From assembly GCA_963781885.1 (NCBI GenBank), contig CAWAHW010000007.1, positions 192,001 to 256,000 of the forward strand: 64,000 nt of DNA. Reading direction: 5' to 3'. The notes beneath the pieces are model-generated. The model had not been told where the DNA came from, ran no database searches, and was given only the letters and a program-made list of their open reading frames with translations. The translations under genes and the position numbers were made by a program. Origin of the DNA: an uncultured Spirochaetota bacterium (GTDB lineage Bacteria > Spirochaetota > Spirochaetia > SZUA-6 > Fen-1364). Positions 1 through 9,545 of this stretch are shown in pieces; the first letter of the stretch is position 1, and each line of letters begins with the position of its first letter.

Positions 1-202
1 ACTTGCCGCCGTCGGGCTGGAAGTACACCTCGATCCAGCGGATGTGGTGCGGCGTCGTGTTGGGATGCGGTATCTCCTTGCCGACGCTCACCGCGACCTG
101 CACGGGCTCCCCCTTGGCGACCGTTTCCGGCGCCTCTATTGCGGGCGCGTGCTTTTCCTTTTTCCAATCCGCCTCTTGATACAAATCTTTCAATGACGAC
201 AT
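1..202 (-). CDS. Superoxide reductase (neelaredoxin/class II SORL), runs off the window edge
   Basis: Manual translation MSSLKDLYQEADWKKEKHAPAIEAP...VGKEIPHPNTTPHHIRWIEVYF shows the EKHxP and HP..HHIxWI Fe-ligand motifs; GGAGG RBS upstream. Confidence 0.85.
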   Translation of the reverse strand, partial: MSSLKDLYQEADWKKEKHAPAIEAPETVAKGEPVQVAVSVGKEIPHPNTTPHHIRWIEVYFQPDGGK

Positions 203-223
203 TCCGTTCCTCCCTTATCCGTT

Positions 224-448
224 TTATGCGCCGATGACTTCACTCACCCCCGGCACTTTCTGCTTCAGTTGTTTCTCTATTCCCATCTTCAACGTCTGCA
301 CGCCCATGGGGCAGCCATGGCATGCGCCGGTGAGCTTCACCTTCACGACGCCCGCCTCTGAAACATCCACGAGCTCCACGTCGCCGCCGTCCGCCTGGAG
401 GGCGGGCCGGATCTCATTGAGCGCGGTCTGCACCGATTCCTTCAACAT
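224..448 (-). CDS. NifU C-terminal (Nfu) domain Fe-S carrier protein
   Basis: IRPALQADGGDVELV...LTGACHGCP Nfu signature; start trimmed to MLKES after an AGGAG RBS. Confidence 0.9.
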   Translation of the reverse strand: MLKESVQTALNEIRPALQADGGDVELVDVSEAGVVKVKLTGACHGCPMGVQTLKMGIEKQLKQKVPGVSEVIGA

Positions 449-575
449 GATCGACTCCTGGTATGGTCTTGAAAGGTGCGCCCCTCCACGGGCGATCCGC
501 GGGGCGGCACATATCGAAGGTAGCAAAAACCGGGGCGGAAGTAAACAATCGCCGGGAAGCGCGGCCCCGCTTGCC

Positions 576-603
576 TTGATATCGGCCGTCCTCTCTCTAT
601 AAT
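576..603 (+). promoter_or_regulatory. sigma70-like promoter of murA, probably giving a leaderless mRNA
   Basis: TTGATA-16 nt-TATAAT ending 7 nt before ATG 611; no SD sequence. Confidence 0.6.
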
Positions 604-610
604 ACTGGCC

Positions 611-1903
611 ATGCAGCAATCACAGTACGTCATCGAAGGCGGTTTCCCCCTCAAGGGCAGGATCCGGGCCAGCGGCAACAAGAACTCCGCGCTCCCCTGC
701 CTTGCCGCCACGCTGCTCACCGACGAGCCCGTGGTCCTGCGCAATCTCCCCGAGATCGAGGACGTGCACGTGATGATCGAGATTCTCAAGGTGCTCGGAA
801 GCTCCGTGCAGAAGCTCGGGCACAACGAGTACCGGTTTCACACCCTGGACATCAAGAGGGAGGAGATTCCTCCCCACCTCGCGCAGAAGATCAGGTCCTC
901 CATCCTTTTCGCCGGTCCGATGCTCGCGCGCAAGGGGCGCGTCCTTCTGCCTTCCCCGGGGGGCGACTCGATCGGCCGGCGTCCGCTCGACACGCATTTC
1001 CTCGCCCTCATGGAGCTGGGGGCCCGGGTGGAGACGGGCAGCTTCTTCATCCTGTCCACGAACAAGCTCAAGGGGGCCGCCCTTTTCCTGGAAGAGGCGT
1101 CGGTGACGGCAACGGAGAACGCGATCATGGCGGCCGTGCTCGCCGAAGGGAGCACCGTCATCGAGAATGCTGCCTCGGAGCCGCACGTGCAGGACCTCTG
1201 CCGGATGCTCGTCGCCATGGGCGCGCGCATCGGCGGGATCGGCACGAATGTTCTCTCCATCGACGGTGTGGCGAAGCTCGCGGGCGCTGACGTGCGCATC
1301 GGCAGCGACTACATGGAGGTCGGCTCGCTCATCGGCCTTGCCGCCGCCACCCGGGGGGAGATCGAGATCGAAGACGCCTCACCGCGTAACCTGCGCATGA
1401 CGCGCATCGCTTTTGCGAAGCTGGGCATCTCCTGGGAGACCTCCGGCGAATCCATCCGCATCCCCGGCTCCCAGGCGTTGAAGGTCGTTCCCATGATGGG
1501 CGGGCAGATCCCGAAGATCGACGACGCCCCCTGGCCGGGTTTTCCCGCCGACCTCACGAGCATCGCGCTCGTGGCGGCGACGCAGGCGGAAGGGGTGGTG
1601 CTCATCCACGAGAAGATGTTCGAGTCGCGCATGTTCTACGTCGACAAGCTCATCGCCATGGGCGCGAAGATCATCCTCTGCGACCCGCACCGCGCCGTGG
1701 TCACCGGCCCGGCCCGTCTTGCCGGCTCCGAGCTCGTGTCCCCCGACGTGCGCGCCGGCATGGCGATGCTGATCGCCGCCATGGCCGCGCAGGGCCGAAG
1801 CACCATCCAGAACGTCTACCAGATCGAGCGCGGCTATGAGAATCTCACGCAGCGGCTCCAGTCGCTCGGCGCGCATATCGGGAGGAACGACGAATGCCCC
1901 TGA
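611..1903 (+). CDS. murA: UDP-N-acetylglucosamine 1-carboxyvinyltransferase
   Basis: SGNKNSALP, PGGDSIGRRP, PWPGFPADL, HEKMFESR, IERGYE motifs. Confidence 0.95.
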   Translation: MQQSQYVIEGGFPLKGRIRASGNKNSALPCLAATLLTDEPVVLRNLPEIEDVHVMIEILKVLGSSVQKLGHNEYRFHTLDIKREEIPPHLAQKIRSSILFAGPMLARKGRVLLPSPGGDSIGRRPLDTHFLALMELGARVETGSFFILSTNKLKGAALFLEEASVTATENAIMAAVLAEGSTVIENAASEPHVQDLCRMLVAMGARIGGIGTNVLSIDGVAKLAGADVRIGSDYMEVGSLIGLAAATRGEIEIEDASPRNLRMTRIAFAKLGISWETSGESIRIPGSQALKVVPMMGGQIPKIDDAPWPGFPADLTSIALVAATQAEGVVLIHEKMFESRMFYVDKLIAMGAKIILCDPHRAVVTGPARLAGSELVSPDVRAGMAMLIAAMAAQGRSTIQNVYQIERGYENLTQRLQSLGAHIGRNDECP

Positions 1904-2688
1904 CGATACCCTTCTGGCACATCGATGCATTCACCGGCGAGCCTTTTTGCGGTAACCCCGCGGGCGTCTGCCTGCTGGATGCCTGGCTTGCCCCCGCGCA
2001 GATGCAGCGCATCGCCGCGGAAAACAACCTGCCGGAGACGGCGTTCCTCGTTCGTCAGGGAAAGGGATTCGACGTGCGGTGGTTTACCCCCGCCGTGGAG
2101 ATCGACCTCTGCGGGCATGCGACCCTTGCCGCCGCGCACGTGCTCTTCCAGCACAGGCAATGGCCGGGCGCTGCCATCGAGTTTTCCTCCCAGAGCGGGC
2201 CGCTCCTGGTGGAGCGCCGCGGCGACACGCTCGTCCTGGACTTCCCGTCGCGCCCTGCCCTGCCGCGGGAGCCGTCCCCGGCGCTCCACCGCGGGCTGGG
2301 CGGCAACCCGATCCAGGTCCTGGGCGCGCGCGACTACCTCGTGGTTTTTGCCAGTGAGAAGGAGGTACGCGCGCTCGCACCCGACATGGCGGAGCTTTCA
2401 CGCATCGACCTGATGGGCGTCATCGCCACGGCGCCCGCGGCCGACCCGGTGCGGGCGGATTTCGTCTCCCGGTTTTTCGCTCCCGGCGTGGGCATACCGG
2501 AGGACCCCGTCACGGGCTCATCGCACTGCACGCTCATTCCCTTCTGGTCGCGCAGGCTGTCGAAGAAGAGCCTCCACGCCTTCCAGGTCTCGGCGCGCGG
2601 CGGGGAGCTTTTCTGCGAGGATGCCGGCGCGCGGGTGAAGATCGGGGGCAGGGCCGTCACCTACGCGGCAGGGACCATCACGGCGTGA
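1894..2688 (+). CDS. PhzF family isomerase
   Basis: IDAFTGEPFCGNPAGV, ETAF, EIDLCGHATLA, EDPVTGSSH. Confidence 0.9.
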   Translation: MPLTIPFWHIDAFTGEPFCGNPAGVCLLDAWLAPAQMQRIAAENNLPETAFLVRQGKGFDVRWFTPAVEIDLCGHATLAAAHVLFQHRQWPGAAIEFSSQSGPLLVERRGDTLVLDFPSRPALPREPSPALHRGLGGNPIQVLGARDYLVVFASEKEVRALAPDMAELSRIDLMGVIATAPAADPVRADFVSRFFAPGVGIPEDPVTGSSHCTLIPFWSRRLSKKSLHAFQVSARGGELFCEDAGARVKIGGRAVTYAAGTITA

Positions 2689-3479
2689 GAGGAGGGCGCG
2701 TCCGTCTCATCGTCTGGAACCCGGCAGAGGAGGCCGCGCGCGCGGCGCTCCTGGAAGAATCGGGGTGGACAGTGGACCCCCCGCTGCCGGCCGGCCCGGC
2801 GCTCCTGCGCGACATCCGCCGGTCTCCGCCGGATGCAATCGTCATCGACCTTGGCAGGCTCCCCACGCAGGGGCGCGACCTCGCGCTGTCGCTCCGTCAT
2901 GCGCGCGCCTCACGCGCAATCCCCCTTGTCTTCATCGAAGGGGACCCCGGGAAGACGGCCGCCGTCCGCGGGCATCTCCCCGATGCGCTGTACGTCGGGT
3001 GGCCCGGGATCTCTGGCGCGCTGGCGTCCGCGCTCGAAAACCCTCCGGCGAATCCCATTGCTCCCGCCTCCGTCTTTGCCGGATACTCCGGCACGCCGCT
3101 GCCCCGGAAGCTCGGCATTCGTCCCGGCATGACGGTGGCGCTGGTCGACGCGCCGGATGACTTTGCCGCCACCCTGGGTGCGCTTCCGGACAAGGTCACG
3201 CTCAGGGCCGGCGCGCGGGGCAGGGCGGACCTCGTCATCTGGTTCGTGCGGACCGAGACGAAGCTGACACGCGACGTCGCGCGAATGGCGCGCTTCATGG
3301 GCGACGGCCGTCTCTGGATCGCGTGGCGCAAGAGGGCCGCGCGGGAAGGCACAGGGGGTCCCGCGGAGGTGATGGTGCGCGCCGCGGGTCTTCACAATGG
3401 GCTTGTGGACTACAAGATCTGCGCCATCGACCGGACCTGGTCGGGGCTCCTTTTTGCCCGACGCCGGAGTGTTCGTTGA
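2685..3479 (+). CDS. Receiver-like N-terminus fused to a DUF3052-like domain
   Basis: PDAIVIDL...IPLVF REC-like pattern; GYSGTPLPRKLGI...WIAWRK...GLVDYKICAIDRTWSGLLF DUF3052-like C-terminus. Confidence 0.6.
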   Translation: MRGGRVRLIVWNPAEEAARAALLEESGWTVDPPLPAGPALLRDIRRSPPDAIVIDLGRLPTQGRDLALSLRHARASRAIPLVFIEGDPGKTAAVRGHLPDALYVGWPGISGALASALENPPANPIAPASVFAGYSGTPLPRKLGIRPGMTVALVDAPDDFAATLGALPDKVTLRAGARGRADLVIWFVRTETKLTRDVARMARFMGDGRLWIAWRKRAAREGTGGPAEVMVRAAGLHNGLVDYKICAIDRTWSGLLFARRRSVR

Positions 3480-3553
3480 ATTGCAATTTCCCCGTTCGGG
3501 GGGATATGATTGTGCATAGGGAAAAAATTCCGCATCGTGCGGAGGAGGGAATC

Positions 3554-4126
3554 ATGAAGAAAAGGCGTCTTATCGTATTCGTTGCGCTGGCCGTCATGCT
3601 CGCGGGGGCCGTACATGCAGGAGCGCAGCTGCGGCTGGACATCGACATCAACGATCCGGTCTATTTCGGTTATACGGCAAGCGGGTCGTCGCAGGGAGCC
3701 TGGAACCCGTATCCGTACATCCCCATTCCCGACGCCAAGCTGATGTACCAGTTCTCCTTGGGACCGGTCAACTTGGGCGCGGGCGTTCGCGTGTTCAGCC
3801 TCATCATCGAAAACTTCCTTTACCCCGAGCTCTACGCCGAGCTGAATCTGGGGCCGGTGGCCATCAACGCGAGCGTCGGGGGTTTGGCATTCCTGGAATT
3901 CGGGCTCCTGAGCACCGCCCTTGCCGAAGCGGGCATCAGCAATCTCAACGGCTTCCAGAGCGTGATACTCCCGGACCTGAGCGTTTCGTTCAAGCTGACC
4001 AATGTCTTCCGCCTGGGCGGCGGCGTGCTCATGATCGCCCCGCTGGGAAACAATCTCGGGGGTGTGCTGGGAGACAATGTTTTTGCCGGCTACATCAAGG
4101 CGACATTCGTCGTCGTGTTCAAGTAA
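3554..4126 (+). CDS. Secreted protein, possible outer-membrane beta-barrel
   Basis: GGAGG RBS, signal peptide MKKRRLIVFVALAVMLAGAVHA, alternating beta-strand pattern, aromatic residue near the C-terminus. Confidence 0.6.
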   Translation: MKKRRLIVFVALAVMLAGAVHAGAQLRLDIDINDPVYFGYTASGSSQGAWNPYPYIPIPDAKLMYQFSLGPVNLGAGVRVFSLIIENFLYPELYAELNLGPVAINASVGGLAFLEFGLLSTALAEAGISNLNGFQSVILPDLSVSFKLTNVFRLGGGVLMIAPLGNNLGGVLGDNVFAGYIKATFVVVFK

Positions 4127-4145
4127 GCCGACCGATTGATCGATG

Positions 4146-4176
4146 GGAGGGCCGGCCCCGCAGGTGCCGGCCTTCC
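4146..4176. terminator. Hairpin between convergent genes
   Basis: GGAGGGCCGGC...GCCGGCCTTCC inverted repeat between stops at 4126 and 4178; no U-tract. Confidence 0.4.
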
Positions 4177-4177
4177 G

Positions 4178-4960
4178 TCAGAATCCCCGTTCCCTGCGGA
4201 TCTCGTCGTACGCTTCCTGGATGGTCTTGAACTTCTCCTCGGCGACCCGCACGAACGCAGGGCCGAGATTCGCCACCTTGTCCGGATGATTCTGGAGCGA
4301 GAGCTGGCGGTAGGCGCTCTTGATCTCCTCCACCGTCGCCTCCGGGCCGAGACCCAGGATTTCCCATGCGCGTCCGGACTCGCGAACGAACTCGGCGCGC
4401 ACCTGGCGGAAGGCCTGCTCGGTGAGACCGAGCATCAGCGCGATGCGCCGGATGAGCTCCTCTTCAGCGCGGCTCACACCCACGGCGTCCGCGCGCGCGG
4501 TCTGGAAGAGCAGCCGGAGCAGCAGCACCCGGCCTTCCGGGGTGGAGACCGCCGCATAGTACGCGCACAATCCCTGGACGTCGATGCGGGCGCGGTTGAC
4601 GTAGAGCTCGTCGATGAGGCGCTGGATGAGCTCCTGGTCCACGGCCGGGAACGTGAAGTTCTGGCCGAAGAATCCCTTCAACGCCTCCACGTGCGTGCTC
4701 CTCACCGGACCGTCGGCCTCGGCCACCGAGAGGGAAAGCCCGATGAGACATGTGAGGAAATTGATCTGCGCCTGGGAGACGGGATCGGGGCGCCACCCAT
4801 CGGCCGCGGATGCGAAGCGCCGCGTCGATGCGGGACCGAGGAACTGCCGCTCCTCCGCTGCCTTGTCGAAAAGGTGGCCGATGAAGCCGCCCAGGAGAGT
4901 GCCCAGAGGGCCGGCGACCGACCCGATCAGGGCCCCCAGAAGCTTGCCCGTGATCGCCAT
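4178..4960 (-). CDS. djlA: DjlA-type co-chaperone (TM-TerB-like-DnaJ)
   Basis: N-terminal GKLLGALIG TM segment, ADG TerB-like middle, C-terminal J-domain with HPD. Confidence 0.85.
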   Translation of the reverse strand: MAITGKLLGALIGSVAGPLGTLLGGFIGHLFDKAAEERQFLGPASTRRFASAADGWRPDPVSQAQINFLTCLIGLSLSVAEADGPVRSTHVEALKGFFGQNFTFPAVDQELIQRLIDELYVNRARIDVQGLCAYYAAVSTPEGRVLLLRLLFQTARADAVGVSRAEEELIRRIALMLGLTEQAFRQVRAEFVRESGRAWEILGLGPEATVEEIKSAYRQLSLQNHPDKVANLGPAFVRVAEEKFKTIQEAYDEIRRERGF

Positions 4961-4961
4961 T

Positions 4962-5450
4962 CTATGCCAGCCCGACCAGCTCCCGCAGCTTTGCCGTGAG
5001 CGTCATGCCGCCGTCCAGCACGATTTCCCTGAACTCTGTATGCTCCTTCAGCTCCGCCGCGAGCCGGTCGAGGTGCTCGAACTCGTCGGTCAGCGCGAAC
5101 ATCTTGTCGTCCTGCTCGTTGTAGACGAAAAGCCGCCGCTCTTTCGTTCGCAGCCGGCCCTTGTCGTCCTGCTCGACCGCCATGCCCGCGAGCCGGATCC
5201 TTTCCCACGGGAAGGCGAGCTTCTCATCCCCGTGCATGACGAAGAGGATCTCGTCGGTGAGTGTTTCCACCTTCGAGGCGAGCTGTCGCCGCGCGAGCCT
5301 CAGGATCGACCAGGAAACAAAGGCGGCCGCCGCAAGTGCAACCAGGCCGAAGAGGAGGCCCAGAAGGAAGATGGCGCCGACGCCCGCGCCAAGGAGGACG
5401 GGGATGAAGAGATAGACCACGAGGAGGCGCGGATTGGAACGGAGCGTCAT
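4962..5450 (-). CDS. Hypothetical membrane protein (2 TM plus a possible PH-like domain)
   Basis: Two hydrophobic helices followed by a beta-rich soluble domain; abuts djlA. Confidence 0.6.
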   Translation of the reverse strand: MTLRSNPRLLVVYLFIPVLLGAGVGAIFLLGLLFGLVALAAAAFVSWSILRLARRQLASKVETLTDEILFVMHGDEKLAFPWERIRLAGMAVEQDDKGRLRTKERRLFVYNEQDDKMFALTDEFEHLDRLAAELKEHTEFREIVLDGGMTLTAKLRELVGLA

Positions 5451-5528
5451 GCGGTAGACCACGACGGAACACAGTACGGGCGCACGGCGCCGCATGTCAA
5501 GAAACCGCTGCAAGGGCAGCGGAAGGCC

Positions 5529-7232
5529 TCAGCGCGTCGATTGACCCGCGAGCATGACGAGGGACAGGGCGAGCAGGATGCCCTGGAGAAGCGCGAGCGC
5601 AATCAAGGCAACGCGCAGCCCGAATGCCAGGACGATGAAGCCCGCCACGATCCTGTGGCCGTAGAGATAGAGCAGCGTGAGCAGGGAGAGCACGATCGGG
5701 ACGAGCGGCAGGAGGATGACGCCGATGGCGGGCAGGCGGCCGGGGTAGCGGGCGCGGAAAGCCCACCCCATGGAGACGGCAAAAAGCGAGATGATGAGGA
5801 AGGCGAACGGCATGAGGAGCTTCATCACCATGTCGACGGTGAGCTCTTCCCGCGCCAGCCCGAATGCGCCCAGGTCCGCGCGGACGCGCAACAGCTCCGT
5901 GATGCCCATGGCGGCCAGGGTGGTGCGGCCGGTCGAAAGGGCGCGCAGCTCCTCGGGCGTCGGGCTCAGCGCCAGGATGTTTCTCTCCGCCGGGTCGCGC
6001 GTGCCCTTGATGTAGAGGGGCAGGTACTGGACCCGGGGATCCGTCCTGTCGATGCACCGCATCAAGACGGTGTTTCCCGTCGTGCGCACGCCATAGGGCG
6101 CCGAGAAATGCCACTGCACGTTGCCGTTGCCGTCGTAGCGGATTGCCTCGATGTCGAAGAAGTAGGCCTCACCGGTTGCAAGCTCCACCATTTTGCCGAT
6201 GGCAACCGCCTCCCGGCCGTCCGCGGCGACGCGATTGAGAAAGAGGATGCCCTGCGCGCCCGGAAGGGTCTGCAGCTTGCGCGCGTCGTCGAGGAAGAAG
6301 CTCGTTGCGGAAAGCGCCGCGCGCGCGCGCGCCAGGTAGGTGGCGATGTCCGGGTCCTTGGGATTTTTCGCGGCAAGCGCGACGAAGAGGTAGTATGCGC
6401 CGATGGCGTCCCCGTTCTCCAGGCGCGCGAAGGCGTCCTTCTTCTGGCTGAAGAGCGCGGCCGTCTGCGCGTCGTCCGACGGTAAAGGCCCGCCGATCCT
6501 GTTGAGCGCCTCGGCGGCCAGGCGCATCGCGTCGCGACGGCGCGCGTCCGCCGCGAGGGCCGCTTCCGCGTAGTAGTGCGCGGAGAACCAGTCCCCGTGG
6601 TCGAAATAGAACTGCGCCTTGTCGACGAGCGCCTGCGCATCCTGCGCCGGGGCAGGGGGGGGCGCGGCGGGGATACCCGTCGCGGGACCGCCCTTGGAAA
6701 TCGCCGCCTTGGCGGAGATGTCGAGCCGCCTTTCGAACATCGGCTTGTTCTTCGAATCGATGGCAAGGTAGCGGTCCATCGCGTCCAGGGCGGTGCCGTA
6801 GTCCAGCGTCGCGAGCGCGTCATTGGCCTGCCGCAGGTAGAGCCGCGCGAGGCTGCTCTGGTACTCCATGTCGGCGAGCCTGCTCTGCGCGCGCGGGTAA
6901 ACCCCTTCGAAGAGCGCGGTATACGCCGCGGTGAGGAGGAGGAACGCGACGAGCGTCGACGAGAGGATGCGGTTGAACGGCTGCGGCGCGCTTCCCCGCG
7001 AAGAGCCGATGGCGGCCAGGGAGGCGGCAACGGCGATCGCAGCAGCGTGCACCGGGATGAGGTAGTCCATGAACAGGACGAACGCCCGCTTCAGGGCGTA
7101 TTCCCAGCGGAGCATGGGGAGATAGCTCGAGACGGAAAACGTGATCAGTGCGTAGGCGAAGAGCACGACGAAAGAGAGCGCGTAGAAGCCGAGGAGGAAG
7201 GGCATGATACGGGAGAGGAGCGACCTGTTCAT
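5529..7232 (-). CDS. Membrane protein with TPR-like periplasmic region and LptF/G-like topology
   Basis: 3 TM, TPR-like repeats (DYGTALDAMDRYLAIDSKN; LAAKNPKDPDI), beta-rich region, 3 TM; start MNRSLL overlaps the upstream stop (ATGA). Confidence 0.6.
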   Translation of the reverse strand: MNRSLLSRIMPFLLGFYALSFVVLFAYALITFSVSSYLPMLRWEYALKRAFVLFMDYLIPVHAAAIAVAASLAAIGSSRGSAPQPFNRILSSTLVAFLLLTAAYTALFEGVYPRAQSRLADMEYQSSLARLYLRQANDALATLDYGTALDAMDRYLAIDSKNKPMFERRLDISAKAAISKGGPATGIPAAPPPAPAQDAQALVDKAQFYFDHGDWFSAHYYAEAALAADARRRDAMRLAAEALNRIGGPLPSDDAQTAALFSQKKDAFARLENGDAIGAYYLFVALAAKNPKDPDIATYLARARAALSATSFFLDDARKLQTLPGAQGILFLNRVAADGREAVAIGKMVELATGEAYFFDIEAIRYDGNGNVQWHFSAPYGVRTTGNTVLMRCIDRTDPRVQYLPLYIKGTRDPAERNILALSPTPEELRALSTGRTTLAAMGITELLRVRADLGAFGLAREELTVDMVMKLLMPFAFLIISLFAVSMGWAFRARYPGRLPAIGVILLPLVPIVLSLLTLLYLYGHRIVAGFIVLAFGLRVALIALALLQGILLALSLVMLAGQSTR

Positions 7233-8197
7233 GTCGCGGCAGGCTCCTTCCACCGGTCGGCGGGGATGAAGAGGACGTCGATGAGCAGAAGGATGACGGC
7301 GAGCGCAGCGAGCGCACCGGAGGGAAACAGCCGGGCGACCGTCCCGTCGGTGACGATGCCGTTCACCTGCGGGGCAAGCTGGACGGCGAGCAGGTGGTAG
7401 AGGGAAAAGTACCCGCGCACCGCGATGATGAGGATCATGATGTTCACGAGCGGCCACCGCGTGATGCGCAGAAGCGCAAGCGACGCGGTGCAGAGGAGCA
7501 CGAGTGAAAAGCACGCGGCAAAAAATTGGGCGCGGGAGCCGTCGAGGAGGGCCTGGTAGTCGGTGGTGAGGGTGGCCACGTCGCGGAGGAAGGCGTGGGT
7601 GATCGGATCGGCGGCAAAGACGCCCGTCCACGCAAGATCGGGCGCACCGGTCAAGGAAGCGCCGCCGACGCCCAGGCTGAGCGATCCTGCGCGGACGCTT
7701 GCGCGGACCGTCCCATAGACGTCGAAACGTGGCGTCGGCCGCGTCGGATCGAAGACGAGGACGCCGCGGAGGTTGGAGCCTTCCACCGCGGTCGCGTTGA
7801 GCTCGACCCCGCCGATGCGCACGAACGTGGAGGGCCGAATGTACTGCCCGGGCGCCGCGGGCGTGGGACGCACGGCCGCGGAGAGGGAATGGAAGGCGAT
7901 CATGCCGTTCACGAGGGCTGCATAGCTGATGACGAGCACGATCAGGAGGCCCAGGAATCGGGAGAAGGGCCGGGCGGCCAGACGGAAGCCGATGAGCACG
8001 ATGGAGAGGACGACGGCCGGTATCATGACGTCGTAGAGGCTGCGCGGCAGCTTCTGCATGATGTAGGTGAAACCAAACGCGCGGGAGGAGGAATCCCCCA
8101 TGCCCCAGGCGCCGATGACTCCCAGCAGGGCGAGTACGAACGTCGCGCAGGCGAGGATGAGAATGAGGATGAACGGGACCTTCAGGGGCTCTTTCAC
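7229..8197 (-). CDS. Membrane protein with LptF/G-like topology
   Basis: 3 TM, a beta-rich domain of roughly 110 aa, 3 TM. Confidence 0.6.
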   Translation of the reverse strand: MKEPLKVPFILILILACATFVLALLGVIGAWGMGDSSSRAFGFTYIMQKLPRSLYDVMIPAVVLSIVLIGFRLAARPFSRFLGLLIVLVISYAALVNGMIAFHSLSAAVRPTPAAPGQYIRPSTFVRIGGVELNATAVEGSNLRGVLVFDPTRPTPRFDVYGTVRASVRAGSLSLGVGGASLTGAPDLAWTGVFAADPITHAFLRDVATLTTDYQALLDGSRAQFFAACFSLVLLCTASLALLRITRWPLVNIMILIIAVRGYFSLYHLLAVQLAPQVNGIVTDGTVARLFPSGALAALAVILLLIDVLFIPADRWKEPAAT

Positions 8198-8221
8198 TCT
8201 GTGACCCAGCCTACCATAGAA

Positions 8222-8854
8222 TCATCTCACCATGTAGCCCTGGCCGCGCACGCAGACGATGAAGGGAAGCGCACCGGGCACCGCGCGTCCCATTTTCCCC
8301 CTGATGCCGGATATCTGCATGTCGATGGCGCGGCTGCGCGCGCTGCCCTCCCGGCCGGTGAGGGCGTAGGAGAGCGCGGCGCGCGGCACGGGCGTCCCCC
8401 GCGCACGCAGGAGCGCGGCCAGCACGACGGCCTCGCGGCGCGTGAGGGCCACCATGCCCCCCGGCGTCTGCAGCTCGTCGCCGTCGAGGCCCAGCTCCCC
8501 CCAGGAAAAGGAAAAGCGCCGCGCCGCGCGCGACAGGACCGCCTGCGCGCGCAGTGCAAGCTCCTCGGGACCCCACGGCTCGCGCAGGTAGTCGTCGCAG
8601 CCGCTCAGCCACGCGCTTCTCATACGGTCCGCCGGTCCCCAGGCGATCATCGGCACACCGGCCGCGGCCGTCTCCATCGCGTCCTGGACGGACAGCACGT
8701 AGAGGTCGACATCGTCGGGCGGCAGCGGCCGGGGCGTGGTCTCGAAATGGAACGGGCTTCTCCGCAGAGAAGCCCGGATTCGTTCACAGGTGACGGGGGG
8801 GCAGCCGACGAGATTGACCGTCCGGCCCGGTCTACTTCTTCTCTTTGTCTTCAA
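8222..8854 (-). CDS. Atypical OmpR-family regulator (degenerate receiver plus winged helix); start uncertain
   Basis: GCDDYLREPW receiver remnant (KP replaced by EP); LTRREAVVL...SRAIDMQISGIRGKM...VRGQGY Trans_reg_C; TTG start assumed. Confidence 0.7.
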   Translation of the reverse strand: MKTKRRSRPGRTVNLVGCPPVTCERIRASLRRSPFHFETTPRPLPPDDVDLYVLSVQDAMETAAAGVPMIAWGPADRMRSAWLSGCDDYLREPWGPEELALRAQAVLSRAARRFSFSWGELGLDGDELQTPGGMVALTRREAVVLAALLRARGTPVPRAALSYALTGREGSARSRAIDMQISGIRGKMGRAVPGALPFIVCVRGQGYMVR

Positions 8855-9533
8855 TCTGGCCCATCTTGGCCTTGAGATCCTCCAGCATCTTGTCCGTGCT
8901 GGAGCCCGCGGTCGACGCCTCCAACTCCTTGAACTTGTCTTCCAGCTTCTCATCGGCCGAGACGGTGCCCAGCTCCTTCATGGCCTCCGCCTCCGCCTCG
9001 ATCTGGTCCACCTTCTGCGCCATGCGGTCGAAGGTGTCGAAGGACGAGTTGGCGGACAGCGATCCCATGGTCTGCTGGATCTGCTTCTGCGCCTCGGCGC
9101 GCTTCGCGCGCGCGATGAGGAGGTTCTTCTTCCGGCTCGCTTCCTCGATCTTGCCCTGGAGCTGGCGCAGCGCGTCCTTCAGCTGCTCGACGGAGGCATG
9201 CTGGCTCTCGAACTCCTTCTGGAAGGAGGCGGCGTACCCGTCGTACTCCTGCTTGCGCTGGAGCGCTTCTTTTGCAAGGTCATCCTTGCCGGCCTTCACG
9301 GCGAGCATGGCCTTCTTTTCCCAGTCCTCGCTCTGCGCCTTGTTTTCCAGCATCTGCCGCTCGAGCTTCTTCTCATCCGCGATGGCCATCGCCGTCTGCT
9401 TCTTCGCCTCCAGCAGCGACTCGTTCATGTCCATGAGCAGCTGGTTGAGCATCTTCTCGGGATCTTCAGCCTTGCTGATGAGGGCATTGATATTGGATTT
9501 GAGGACCGTGCGAATGCGATCAAGAATCCCCAT
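8832..9533 (-). CDS. pspA: PspA/IM30 family protein
   Basis: MGILDRIRTVLKSNINALISKAEDPEKML, coiled coil, GKDDLAKEAL. Confidence 0.92.
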   Translation of the reverse strand: MGILDRIRTVLKSNINALISKAEDPEKMLNQLLMDMNESLLEAKKQTAMAIADEKKLERQMLENKAQSEDWEKKAMLAVKAGKDDLAKEALQRKQEYDGYAASFQKEFESQHASVEQLKDALRQLQGKIEEASRKKNLLIARAKRAEAQKQIQQTMGSLSANSSFDTFDRMAQKVDQIEAEAEAMKELGTVSADEKLEDKFKELEASTAGSSTDKMLEDLKAKMGQIEDKEKK

Positions 9534-9545
9534 GGATTCCTCCTG

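Noticed and set aside
4614-8875. Long plus-strand ORFs (623 aa, 449 aa) and similar antisense ORFs across the window
   Set aside because: Antisense shadows typical of high-GC coding DNA, with no recognisable motifs
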